From a virus: 64,000 nt of DNA. The position numbers were made by a program, and so were the translations under genes. Location of the stretch: positions 7,834 through 71,833 of IMG/VR virus record IMGVR_UViG_3300046820_000297, one strand, 5' to 3'. The notes beneath the pieces were generated by a model. The model had not been told where the DNA came from. It did not search any database and saw only the letters and a list, made by a program, of their open reading frames with translations. Positions 36,886-46,463 of the stretch are shown piece after piece (the stretch's first letter is position 1; every line of letters begins with the position of its first letter).

Positions 36886-38877
36886 TTAAAATAAACTTAA
36901 TTGTGATTGTTCTTTTAACTTGCTGATGTTCTCGATCTCTTTGTAGACTCTTTCTAGATAATACTCGTCATCAATATCATAGTCACCCCAAGGTTTAATC
37001 TCGTGAAGATTAAACTCTGTCTGTAACCACTTACCTGCTTCTAAACGAGTTTCTCTACCATCAGCTTTGTTAACCTTAATTAATTTGCAACCTTTATTAG
37101 ATACATAATACCGTACTACACCTTGTAGTTCACGATCATGTCTAACTCCTTTTATGAAACAGGTTTCCATAAAAATCCAGTCACCTTTGCGCTTTACACC
37201 TATACAGTAATCAAAGATGTTTCTATTCTGCTGTATGAATATCTCCGGTGCTACATTATGTATAAAGAAATAATAGATTGCTTTTGGCACTATCAAAGCA
37301 GATTTATTCTTGTGTAGCGGTAAGTCCGAGAACTCGAATCTACCTTTACACTTAGTTGTCTTTACATAATATTTACCATTATCTTCACGATAGACAAAGT
37401 GCGGAGTCTTCTTTTTCATAGACTCATACGTTTCTTTATCTACTTCCTTCTCTTTGAATACAGCAATATAGTTGTTTACATCACCAATGATCATCTTATC
37501 GTACTGATCATGTTCTAGTTGTAACTGAGTCATGTCCTCCCACTTCTTGCAGATCTCTAGATAGCGATCTTTTGCAGTCTCCGGGATAATCATTTCTAAA
37601 CCATCGGTATTCTGCATTAGCGGAACACTCTCAGGAATACCATCAGATAACATCTCATACAACATAACCAGACTAAGCTGACCATTGATTGTAATCCTCA
37701 TAGTAAACTCAGGATCATACAAGAAACTATTCTCGTCATTACTAAGACCATAAGTACTATTCAGGATAATCTTGTAAACATAGTTCTTTGGATCCTTCTT
37801 AGGTATCTTCTTTCTCTCTTCAAAGAACCATTCGTACTGTTCACAGAATTCTTCTTTAGGTAAATGTGCAGGAGACCATCCATTTCTAATAGCTAGATTA
37901 GGATAAAAACTAGTAACGTCTGAAGTCATGATGATCATTCCATCTTTTGCTTCATACACACCAGCTTTGGTAGCACCATGTACACCACCTAAACCAAAAT
38001 CTGTTTTGACAGACTTATGGGTGACTGAATATTTAAACCCACCCTTAGTATCATTAGGATTAATCTTTAAAGTTTTAAACTTCTCATGGATGTTTTTAAA
38101 CTCTTTGCGATTAAAACTAATATAATCTAAGAGAATGTCTCCTACTACAATAGAATCTCGTTTAGTTCTCATCTGCTTTAGATCATACTTTCGTATGTTG
38201 AGTTTGCTGCTCAAGAAATGCAAGAAGAGTTCTTTAGATATCTTTGGTTCAGAAGCACTGTACAGATTGATACCATACTCGTTAGTCAACGCTTTCCTCA
38301 GCATGATTTGATCTTTGCTGAGCATCATTACCTGCTTAGTTGCAAGTACATCGTTAATACAGTAACTTATTATAGTATCTAGCTGTTCTTTTGTGCGGAT
38401 TACAGTACTGTGTTTGATAGGCATATCGCGAACGTTGTGCCAATCCATAGAGTACTCGATCCACTTTAGACTAGATCTTTTTGCAGGATTATCCCAGTGA
38501 TTCAACCGGAATACATCTAGCTGCTTAATACTTAGTATTCGCTCACCATACTCCGGGAATTCACCTTTGTTAGAACGGTCTATAGTATCTTGAGCTTTCA
38601 GATACAGTACATGTGCTATAGTCTCAGCAGGTTCATCGAGATAGTAATCACCTTCTCTAATAATGAACTCAGTAATCTGAGAGTCAAAGTTTATACCGTT
38701 AAATGAGATATGCCAAACTTCTTCACTCTTACAGTCTTGTAAGAACGAGTACAATTCAGCATAATCATTCCGGGATTCATGTACTACAAATATCTTCTTC
38801 TCATCAGACTTGTAGTCTATAAATACTGCAACGAAGCAATTAATCAGGGTCTCATAGTCATGTACCCAGTTAGTCAT
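36886..38877 (-). CDS. polB: Family B DNA polymerase
   Basis: Exonuclease motifs HDYET, FNGINFD and YCINDV; polymerase motifs SDVTSFYPN, YKIILNSTYG and QNTDG. Confidence 0.92.
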   Translation of the reverse strand: MTNWVHDYETLINCFVAVFIDYKSDEKKIFVVHESRNDYAELYSFLQDCKSEEVWHISFNGINFDSQITEFIIREGDYYLDEPAETIAHVLYLKAQDTIDRSNKGEFPEYGERILSIKQLDVFRLNHWDNPAKRSSLKWIEYSMDWHNVRDMPIKHSTVIRTKEQLDTIISYCINDVLATKQVMMLSKDQIMLRKALTNEYGINLYSASEPKISKELFLHFLSSKLNIRKYDLKQMRTKRDSIVVGDILLDYISFNRKEFKNIHEKFKTLKINPNDTKGGFKYSVTHKSVKTDFGLGGVHGATKAGVYEAKDGMIIMTSDVTSFYPNLAIRNGWSPAHLPKEEFCEQYEWFFEERKKIPKKDPKNYVYKIILNSTYGLSNDENSFLYDPEFTMRITINGQLSLVMLYEMLSDGIPESVPLMQNTDGLEMIIPETAKDRYLEICKKWEDMTQLQLEHDQYDKMIIGDVNNYIAVFKEKEVDKETYESMKKKTPHFVYREDNGKYYVKTTKCKGRFEFSDLPLHKNKSALIVPKAIYYFFIHNVAPEIFIQQNRNIFDYCIGVKRKGDWIFMETCFIKGVRHDRELQGVVRYYVSNKGCKLIKVNKADGRETRLEAGKWLQTEFNLHEIKPWGDYDIDDEYYLERVYKEIENISKLKEQSQLSLF

Positions 38878-39260
38878 TACTCAGCAGATTCTGTTGTTGG
38901 AGTAGCAAGTAAATATTGCTCAAAATCAAATGTATCAGCATTAAAAGCAAAACGCTTTACAAATGAACGGATCTCATCCAACTGCTCAATATAATACTCT
39001 TGAAATGTTTCAATAGTACGACGCTCTTCCTTGTATGGTTTACCTTCACGACTTGGTGTCTTTCTCATTTCGATATCACCATTAGGATCAATCTTAGGCA
39101 TCATGTGGAAAATATCTTTTTGGATAGCACCAATGACAGCTAACACTTTCATATCTGCATCAAAGATACATTCTACATAAGGACACTCTGCATCTGTTGG
39201 GATCATTTTAAATGTCTTCCCGTTCTTCCATGTGGAAGTAATTAACATCATATTACTCAT
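38877..39260 (-). CDS. Hypothetical protein (127 aa)
   Basis: ORF coupled to polB (TAATG) and preceded by a TATATTTG element. Confidence 0.65.
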   Translation of the reverse strand: MSNMMLITSTWKNGKTFKMIPTDAECPYVECIFDADMKVLAVIGAIQKDIFHMMPKIDPNGDIEMRKTPSREGKPYKEERRTIETFQEYYIEQLDEIRSFVKRFAFNADTFDFEQYLLATPTTESAE

Positions 39261-39274
39261 AAAAATTATTGGTT

Positions 39275-39841
39275 TTAAAGTTCAAATATAGACAGAAACT
39301 TATCTTGTTTTACATCAACCTTGAGTGTTTCTTTCTCAAGATCGGGGATCGAACATAGTTCACCAACCTCTAACATTAGTTCTACAGGTACATTTAGATA
39401 CTCTGCATACGATTTAAAATAGTTCTCAGGATTTAGATAACTGTTTATAAGATTACGGTTACTAGGGTTATTAGCAAAGAATCCTAATATCTCATTCTTA
39501 GTATTGTTATCTATGTGAGAATATTTACCAGCAAGAAAAAGAGACCACATTTCTGACTTATGACTAAAGTCAAAAACATAAATACCTTTATCATCTTCTA
39601 CTTCATAAAACGTATCGAATCTTGAATTACCAGAGAGCTTAGACTTTTCAAACATTCTAAACTCTAGATCTTGTCTTAGATGGTACAAACAAATGAGTTT
39701 CATATCTTCAGGTTTATACATATTCGTAATAGACACATATGTCTCATTAGGAACAACTGCTGAACCTCTTTTGATACCTAGAAGCGGATATAAGAACATC
39801 CTAGACTTCTGAGTATATTTAGTATACAAGTTTTTGACCAT
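39275..39841 (-). CDS. Hypothetical protein (188 aa)
   Basis: Intact ORF in the replication block; no recognisable catalytic motif. Confidence 0.65.
   Translation of the reverse strand: MVKNLYTKYTQKSRMFLYPLLGIKRGSAVVPNETYVSITNMYKPEDMKLICLYHLRQDLEFRMFEKSKLSGNSRFDTFYEVEDDKGIYVFDFSHKSEMWSLFLAGKYSHIDNNTKNEILGFFANNPSNRNLINSYLNPENYFKSYAEYLNVPVELMLEVGELCSIPDLEKETLKVDVKQDKFLSIFEL
39283..39290 (-). promoter_or_regulatory. Bacteroidota-type -7 promoter element (TAnnTTTG)
   Basis: Minus-strand TATATTTG about 23 nt upstream of the ATG at 39260. Confidence 0.45.
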
Positions 39842-39852
39842 TTGTTTTTAAT

Positions 39853-40821
39853 TTACAGTGATATCTTATTTACAAGATAATCATAAGGAAGACTATAATT
39901 CCTACTAGTATAATGATACTCTGCTTTCATTAGCATCTCATCAAGATTCCAGATCCAGCTATGCAATGTAGCAGCACAAACAGGAAACGCGAAGACCTGC
40001 TGGTACTTATCAATAACTATGAAATTAAATCTGATCTCTGAGAGACCTTTGAAGTTTGCTTCTATTAACTTGTAATACATGGCAGCTTGCATCCAATACT
40101 TATAGTAGTCTACAGTTTCTTTAAACTCAGAAATACTTTTCCCGGTAGTTTTAAAGTCATTGATTGTAACAACTTTAGTTTCAGGATCATAAACATAGTT
40201 GTCTATTATACCTCTTAAACCGAATGAATACTTAGTCTCAGCTTCTAGTGGCACCTCACTCCAACTGTTAGGAGAACCTAACTCTAGCAAGCTAGTAACT
40301 GAGTTGTTACTTAGTATTAATTCAACATACCCTTTGAGTCTATCATAAGTTTCCTGGTCTATAACAGTCTTGGAACCTTTTGATTTGAGAAACTCATAAT
40401 AGTTAATATTCTCTGCAGTGAGCATTTTCTCTACACGCTGTTGATCAGTCTTAAGACTTTGGTGTAGATTGACCTCTCTTAGAATATCAATTATAGTTAC
40501 CTCATGAGATGACAAAGGTAGCTGTTCAAAACCGCTTTGGCAAGATAGTCCATACACTTTGTCAATAACTTTACGTGCGTTGTCCCCAGGTAATGTAGCT
40601 AATGATACTACAAACTGGTCATTAAACTTTTCATTCTCAAGTAGTAAACAGTGAAGAGCTCGACCCTCAATTAAATGAGAGTCAAGTCTATCTTCACGTT
40701 CACCAAGAATGTAGTGTTTATAAAAAGTGTTCGGTACGAACATCAGTTTGTTCAAGCTCGTGTAACTGAACTTGAACTTCTTGTTGTAGAACTTCTCCTC
40801 TGCTTGGAAATCCGTTATCAT
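39853..40821 (-). CDS. PD-(D/E)xK exonuclease (RecB/ExoVIII/Cas4-like superfamily)
   Basis: FSYTSL, GRALHCLLLE, SEVPL, LRGIID, NDFKTT and YWMQAAMY motifs. Confidence 0.85.
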   Translation of the reverse strand: MITDFQAEEKFYNKKFKFSYTSLNKLMFVPNTFYKHYILGEREDRLDSHLIEGRALHCLLLENEKFNDQFVVSLATLPGDNARKVIDKVYGLSCQSGFEQLPLSSHEVTIIDILREVNLHQSLKTDQQRVEKMLTAENINYYEFLKSKGSKTVIDQETYDRLKGYVELILSNNSVTSLLELGSPNSWSEVPLEAETKYSFGLRGIIDNYVYDPETKVVTINDFKTTGKSISEFKETVDYYKYWMQAAMYYKLIEANFKGLSEIRFNFIVIDKYQQVFAFPVCAATLHSWIWNLDEMLMKAEYHYTSRNYSLPYDYLVNKISL

Positions 40822-41893
40822 TTAGTTTATTATTTATTTTGGTTAATGTTTCCTCAGAGAACTTGTATCCATTAGGTTCAATCATATTAGTTGATGATGA
40901 GAATTCATCAGCACCTAACTCATATAAGAAATCTACAACTTCAGGTGTGACTTCACCTTGTTCCATGGCAATATTGAATACGTCTTCGTAGTCAAATCTA
41001 AACTGGTATCTCATACGACCACCTAAGAAACTAATAAGACCTTTGAATGCTACAGTTTTTCTAGTAGGATGGTCCCATATTTTATTACCATATAATCTAC
41101 AGATCTGTGTTAAATATACAGCACTCTTCTTATAGTTACAGTTAGCCATAATAGTCATAGCAACAGTATGATTACTAGTATCAGCACTCTGAAACATTTG
41201 CAAAATTGCTTCAAAAGTATCTTTGTCAATTACGGCTTCACCCATCTTATCTAATAGAGCTGACTCATCATATACTTTAATACCACCATCATTAAAGAGA
41301 TTGTTTAGTATATGATTAGACTCAATAGATTCCATAGTTATATAAGTACCTACAAAGTTAAAGTCTGCAAAACTAGCACTCATCCAACTATTGCGTACTG
41401 ACTTATACTTATTACTAATAGATTCTATAGATCGTCTAAGATCTGTGTTATCTTCTTTTTTGAAGAAAGAGTTCTTAAACAACTTTAGATCATCAGGGCT
41501 CATAAAAGCTTGCTCACCATTAGTATGATAAAACTCATCAAATCTTTTATAGAGTTCAATATCAGCTATATCATAACAGTATTTTGCATTTGTAAAAATC
41601 AAGTCTGCTTTCTCAGGATCTCTGATAACACGAGCACCAATAGATTCTAGTAATGACTTTAGTTTCTCTCTAGATACCTCACACTTAGGAGATATATAGA
41701 TTGTTTTGGCACCGGTTAAATCTACAGTTTTATTTACATGCTCATCATAGAACTCTTTAAAGTATCTAATGTTTTGCCAAGCGCTATCTGTGAACTTTAC
41801 TACTTCTTTCTGAGTACAGTTTAGACTTTCAATAAGACCCATTGAATTTACATTCAGTGACTCTACTATGTTAATTTGAATTTTGTTGACCAT
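40718..41893 (-). CDS. BRCT-like plus helical-domain protein (paralog 1 of the MoxR-flanking family)
   Basis: VSREKLKSLLESIGARVIRDPEKADLIFT is BRCT-like; C-terminal motif IDKDTFEAILQMFQSADTSNHTVAMTIMANCN. Confidence 0.6.
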   Translation of the reverse strand: MVNKIQINIVESLNVNSMGLIESLNCTQKEVVKFTDSAWQNIRYFKEFYDEHVNKTVDLTGAKTIYISPKCEVSREKLKSLLESIGARVIRDPEKADLIFTNAKYCYDIADIELYKRFDEFYHTNGEQAFMSPDDLKLFKNSFFKKEDNTDLRRSIESISNKYKSVRNSWMSASFADFNFVGTYITMESIESNHILNNLFNDGGIKVYDESALLDKMGEAVIDKDTFEAILQMFQSADTSNHTVAMTIMANCNYKKSAVYLTQICRLYGNKIWDHPTRKTVAFKGLISFLGGRMRYQFRFDYEDVFNIAMEQGEVTPEVVDFLYELGADEFSSSTNMIEPNGYKFSEETLTKINNKLNDNGFPSRGEVLQQEVQVQLHELEQTDVRTEHFL

Positions 41894-43022
41894 ATGGTTT
41901 AATGAATTCTTCGTAATTATACTTTGGTGTAATCTCTACAGTAACATGAGTTAGATCTAGTTTTCTGCTAGCACGACCTGCTTCCTCATCAACTATATCA
42001 TTCATGAGTTTGTAAAAGATATCATGTGTTAGCTGTCCACGTTTTGCAAGATGTGTTAGTATTCCACTATCGTCTAGATCTTCTAGATAATTCCAGCTTA
42101 CTAGTGACTTAAATAGTTTAGCTTCTTTAAGTCTGTTGTTGTCAGAATTATCTATGCGGTAACCATGTTTCTTAGCTAGTCTCCACACATGATAGATAGA
42201 ATCTTTAGTGTTACAGTTGAATAGAATCTTAGATGCTGTAAAGTGATCCTCTTTAGAAGGACTACTAAGCATCATATCTAAACTATTATACATATCATCA
42301 TCTAGTACTACTTGATTACCACAAGTCTCAATAAAATGTTCTTGTGATATTACTGGTACTTTCTTAGATAGAATATTATATACAAGAGTAAGACTTTCTG
42401 CATTGAGTGCCCACTGTGTAATAGGATCTTCTATGTTATCAGTATAAGCTGATCTACCGTAGTTAGAAGCTAATGCTCTCGTAACTAAAATAGTATCATC
42501 CTGTTTTAACATGTCATGATAATCTACACCAGTAGCAGGTAATACTCTAAAAGTATTCTTATTCTTTATAAAATCTACAAGGGTTTGGTTATATACTACC
42601 TTACTAGAATAGTGTTCACCTACAATACATCCATTAGGATACTGATTTCTATTGATGTCATAGTTTGATGCCTCTAAAATATTATGTTCAGTACCTAGAA
42701 TAACAGTAGCTTTTTCTATATTACTAGTTACGGTCATACCAGATGTTTTACAATACTCTTTGATCTTATAACTAGGTATCTTAGAGTCTGGTAATAAATA
42801 AATCTTATCTCCAGAAACAGGAGTATAAGCATCACCCCCTTTCAGGAGTGATGCTATTTTATTCCTACTTTCCATAGAGATCTTATACAACTCTGTTACA
42901 CCAATACCACTAGAGAAATCATCAGGACTAAACATGTAAACATATTTAAACGATCCTTCTACAAATCTTAGTTTGCTTGGTAAAGTAGAGTCTTCTAAAA
43001 TACTACTAATGTTGTTTTGCAT
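41871..43022 (-). CDS. BRCT-like plus helical-domain protein (paralog 2 of the MoxR-flanking family)
   Basis: IPSYKIKEYCKTSGMTVTSNIEKATVILG is BRCT-like; C-terminal motif LDDDMYNSLDMMLSSPSKEDHFTASKILFNCN. Confidence 0.6.
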   Translation of the reverse strand: MQNNISSILEDSTLPSKLRFVEGSFKYVYMFSPDDFSSGIGVTELYKISMESRNKIASLLKGGDAYTPVSGDKIYLLPDSKIPSYKIKEYCKTSGMTVTSNIEKATVILGTEHNILEASNYDINRNQYPNGCIVGEHYSSKVVYNQTLVDFIKNKNTFRVLPATGVDYHDMLKQDDTILVTRALASNYGRSAYTDNIEDPITQWALNAESLTLVYNILSKKVPVISQEHFIETCGNQVVLDDDMYNSLDMMLSSPSKEDHFTASKILFNCNTKDSIYHVWRLAKKHGYRIDNSDNNRLKEAKLFKSLVSWNYLEDLDDSGILTHLAKRGQLTHDIFYKLMNDIVDEEAGRASRKLDLTHVTVEITPKYNYEEFIKPYGQQNSN

Positions 43023-43771
43023 TATTTTACAGTCATTTTGATCACCTCTGGGTTCAACATTAACTTAGACCACTTCTGCTTGTTACCATTAAGGATACCC
43101 TTAACGATATAATACTTAAGGTCATTGCTGAAGATATCATCAGTAATCAAGTTAGTAACACGATCAATTAATGGTTGAGCTACTGTATTATTATTACTAT
43201 AGTGCACTGCATAGTTGATAATACGAGTAGTCATCAAGCTAGCGATATCTGCACGGTAGTTGTTACCTTCACCAATACAAGACTTAAGTTGTCCTTTGAT
43301 ATATTCCCAACTGTTGTTAGTCAATACATCTTTAGGAGTTACCAACTTATCAAGCTTGTTGTTGATGAACATAGTAAACATAGTAGCAAACTCACCACCT
43401 ACAGAACCTTCACCAATCATCTGAATAATAGGAAGGCTTTCTTCAAAACTATCTAGACTAGAGATAGAGTTAAAGAATGTAGTGAAGCTACGAGCATTAG
43501 CACGCTTCTCTGTCAACTCTGGGTGCAACAACATAAAGTTAATACAACGAGTGTCGATCTCATTCTCTTCTGCCCATCGCGCCCAACAGTCGATATCAAA
43601 CTTCAAGTAACTTGTGATGAAACGAGTCTTTTGCGCTTCGTCAAGAGATGTTACCTGATAGTCACCATTATCTGGATTACTAGTTAAGATAACAGTCCAA
43701 CCTTTTGGTAGCTTCCATGAGATATATTCTTGACGATCAATGATTTCCATAGTAGCTTGCATAAAACGTGA
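43022..43771 (-). CDS. MoxR-like AAA+ ATPase, exon 2
   Basis: Continues exon 1 in frame (DDYTRAD|SRFMQATMEIID). Contains sensor-1 ILTSNP, arginine finger LDEAQKTRF and sensor-2 ANARS. Confidence 0.88.
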   Translation of the reverse strand, partial: SRFMQATMEIIDRQEYISWKLPKGWTVILTSNPDNGDYQVTSLDEAQKTRFITSYLKFDIDCWARWAEENEIDTRCINFMLLHPELTEKRANARSFTTFFNSISSLDSFEESLPIIQMIGEGSVGGEFATMFTMFINNKLDKLVTPKDVLTNNSWEYIKGQLKSCIGEGNNYRADIASLMTTRIINYAVHYSNNNTVAQPLIDRVTNLITDDIFSNDLKYYIVKGILNGNKQKWSKLMLNPEVIKMTVK

Positions 43772-44013
43772 CATTATGTTAACCTATAGGCTCTTTATCC
43801 TATAGTTCTGTACTTTTATTATTAGATTATATGTACAGTTCAGACTATATCATCACACATTTCTGTGTGTTCCGCGCTCTTGGTACTTTACTGACCGTTC
43901 TGGTCTCCATGTACTAGTCGTTGCACTTTACTTATATCCCTATAAGTCTTAGCTCAGGATTGTCTATCTCTAGATTTTCCCTGAATTCACGGAATTTATT
44001 GCGGACTCAACGT

Positions 44014-44763
44014 TTATGCTTTTTTCCATCTATAACCCCCAGCAGTTAAGTCTTTAGATATTGCTCTATTGATATTAGAGATACCTAGTTCTGTACTAGC
44101 TTCTGTTATAGACTTCCATTTTTTGATAAAGATATTATCAGTAGTATATTGTAATATAGGTTCTAACTTATATTTTCTATCTCTAGTAAAAACTAGATCA
44201 ACTTTATTATAAGACCATGCATAACCTCCTGCAGAAGTTTGTTTGCTATTACATACAGCTTTAATACTATTAATACTTTTAGCATTAATAGATTTAGCGG
44301 CAGCTGTAAGAGATTCAAAACTTTCTAAATACTCACCTTTATCAAGTGAATATTTGTGTACTGCTTTAAGATTATGAGGTTTTAAACCATTTGTGTAAGC
44401 TTTCTTTTTAGCTACACTTATCCTTTGTTTATATATAGAATCTCTAACTAATGTTTGAGGATCTAGTATATGATTTATATAAGGATTAAGTGCATTAATA
44501 TAATAAGCTTCTCTTTCAATTAAAATATCATCAGAGCATTCTTCTATAATAGTAAAGTAAATTTGATTTTTACCATACTTATTATATAAGTTTTGCATTG
44601 TTCTATTATGATGTTTTGAATTGTCAAGAGACCACAAATGATGTTTTAATCTATGACCGATATTACAAGAACTACCAATGTATTCTTTATCATTAATTTT
44701 AATTTTGTAGATTCCTACACACTTTAATGCAGTCTTTAATGTTTCTGTTGTTAAATTAACCAT
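44014..44763 (-). CDS. Intron-encoded GIY-YIG homing endonuclease with NUMOD1-like repeats
   Basis: VGIYKI...EYIGSS...RLKHH...E..YI catalytic domain; two C-terminal repeats (FESLTAAA...SAGGYAW; WKSITEAS...TAGGYRW). Confidence 0.9.
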   Translation of the reverse strand: MVNLTTETLKTALKCVGIYKIKINDKEYIGSSCNIGHRLKHHLWSLDNSKHHNRTMQNLYNKYGKNQIYFTIIEECSDDILIEREAYYINALNPYINHILDPQTLVRDSIYKQRISVAKKKAYTNGLKPHNLKAVHKYSLDKGEYLESFESLTAAAKSINAKSINSIKAVCNSKQTSAGGYAWSYNKVDLVFTRDRKYKLEPILQYTTDNIFIKKWKSITEASTELGISNINRAISKDLTAGGYRWKKA

Positions 44764-44767
44764 ATTA

Positions 44768-44775
44768 CAAAGATA
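44768..44775 (-). promoter_or_regulatory. Bacteroidota-type -7 element upstream of the intronic endonuclease
   Basis: Minus-strand TATCTTTG ends 4 nt before the ATG at 44763, implying a near-leaderless internal transcript. Confidence 0.45.
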
Positions 44776-44818
44776 GTTAATTTATGCACATTAAACAAGT
44801 AGACTGCATATTTTATTA

Positions 44819-45256
44819 ATCCGCACGTGTGTAATCATCTAAGATAAGAAGACCATTCTCACCTTTACCTTGAATCCACTCTGGTTGTGCATGCGTCATA
44901 CGCTTCTCACCAGTAGGAACATACTTCTGCTGAATATACAATGGCATGATGTTCTCAGGAATCCATTTAGCTACACGCTTACCATCGTCAGTAGTCTTTG
45001 CTACTTCAAATTCCTTAATAGGAAAACCTACTAAGTCACCCAACTCCTCGAGCTGACTCAAGGATAATTTTACAAAGTGAAGGTTGTTCTCATTAGCATA
45101 CTGTAAGATAGTACTTGTCTTACCGATACCTGCTTCACCTTCGATGTTTACAGCTACAGGAATCTTTCCATTCTCCTGTAAGTACTTGTTATTATTTACA
45201 ACGTGTGTTACGAATTGCTTTAACTCATCTGTGTTTAACTGAACTTGCTTTGCCAT
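44819..45256 (-). CDS. MoxR-like AAA+ ATPase, exon 1
   Basis: Walker A GEAGIGKT, DLVGFP and Walker B LILDD; the spliced product is about 395 aa. Confidence 0.88.
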
Positions 45257-45269
45257 TTTCTTAATTTTT

Positions 45270-46463
45270 TTAATTCAACTTGATTTGTGGTCCAGGAAGA
45301 CCTTTGTTAATTTCACCACGGGTAGAGATTACCCACAACATTTTACCTTTTGGTTTTACATCAGTGCTACACTCACCATCTGTGAGATAGAATAAGCACG
45401 TATACTTTCTTTGATTCTCATTGTAATACTCTAACACAGGGTCAAAGTCAGTACCACCTCTACCATGAAGAGTAATATCTTCATTGGGTTTGTACTTCTC
45501 AATACTGCGAATGTTAGTATCACATTGTAAGATAGTTACCTCACTACCAGTTTTATGTATGTGATGTATCTCGTTAAGGAACTCCTTAACTTCTTTATCA
45601 CTTACAGAACCACTGGTATCGATAGCAACCAACAAGTGTCTCTTGTTTTTAATCTTGAGACCGGGATTCTCTTCGAATCTCTTGTTGTCTTTACGTCTTA
45701 GTTTCTTAGTGAATACTTCTTTAGCACCACCTGCAAATCTTCTGACATAACTACGCCAGTCAAACTTCGGTGGTTCTATATGACGTAGTCTTTCTAAGAT
45801 ACCTTTAAACTCTCCGGGAATAGTACCCCTAGATTTTTCTACAGAATCTGCAATTTCTTTTAAGATGTGTGCGGTCTGAGACTCAAGTAGTTTCTTCTCT
45901 GCTTCAGATAGATCTTCAAAGTCTTTCCAAGTACCATGATCAGGAACCATAGTACCACTACCATGTTGTTCACCGTCATCCATACCTGTCATATCAGAGA
46001 TCTTTCCACCAGAACCAGATTGCTCTTCTTGTTCTTTAGCTTCCATCAAGAGTTTGTAATACTCTCTACAACCTGCTTTAGGTGGTAGATTATATTCAGC
46101 AAATGACTCTAGAGTACAACCACCTTCAGGTAAATCTTCTGCATCAATGTACTGATTAATCTCAATGTCCATAGCAATGTTTGCTACTTTCTTATTTGGG
46201 AATTCATCTTGACACTGGATGTGAAAGAAACCTATATGCAATAACTCATGCTTCAATAGACCTCTCTTGTGATTATCACTAAGAGAGTTCCAGAAGTCTT
46301 CGTTAATAGTAAGTTGGAAGTTAACACCATTCTTACTTACACCAGCAGTAGGAACACGTTTGTCCCATTGCTTATTCAAACTTAGTAGAAGGAGACCATA
46401 GAATGGTTCCTTCAACATAAGTTCTTTGCTAGCTCTAGCTAGACTGTCATGATTGTTTAGCAT
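45270..46463 (-). CDS. DUF2201-type metallopeptidase-like plus VWA domain protein (MoxR partner)
   Basis: HELLH zincin motif, NIAMDIEIN, MIDAS motif DTSGS, GRGGTDF and LTDG. Confidence 0.88.
   Translation of the reverse strand: MLNNHDSLARASKELMLKEPFYGLLLLSLNKQWDKRVPTAGVSKNGVNFQLTINEDFWNSLSDNHKRGLLKHELLHIGFFHIQCQDEFPNKKVANIAMDIEINQYIDAEDLPEGGCTLESFAEYNLPPKAGCREYYKLLMEAKEQEEQSGSGGKISDMTGMDDGEQHGSGTMVPDHGTWKDFEDLSEAEKKLLESQTAHILKEIADSVEKSRGTIPGEFKGILERLRHIEPPKFDWRSYVRRFAGGAKEVFTKKLRRKDNKRFEENPGLKIKNKRHLLVAIDTSGSVSDKEVKEFLNEIHHIHKTGSEVTILQCDTNIRSIEKYKPNEDITLHGRGGTDFDPVLEYYNENQRKYTCLFYLTDGECSTDVKPKGKMLWVISTRGEINKGLPGPQIKLN

Larger units (their letters stand above)
43772..44818 (-). mobile_element. 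Group I intron (1047 nt) carrying a GIY-YIG homing endonuclease
   Basis: The 5' exon ends in U (GCGGAU) and the intron ends in G (AACAUAAUG). Core elements are P (GAATTCAGGGAA), Q (CAATCCTGAGC), R (GCAACGACTA) and S (GATATAGTC), with P7 GACTA/TAGTC. The IGS GUCU pairs with exon GGAU. Confidence 0.88.

Noticed and set aside
39853-40821. Cas4 or a CRISPR-associated locus
   Set aside because: The protein lacks the four-Cys Fe-S cluster pattern, and I saw no repeat-spacer array in the window. A replication/recombination exonuclease fits the context.
44816-45256. AAA ATPase pseudogene or frameshift
   Set aside because: It is better explained as exon 1 of an intron-split gene that rejoins in frame.
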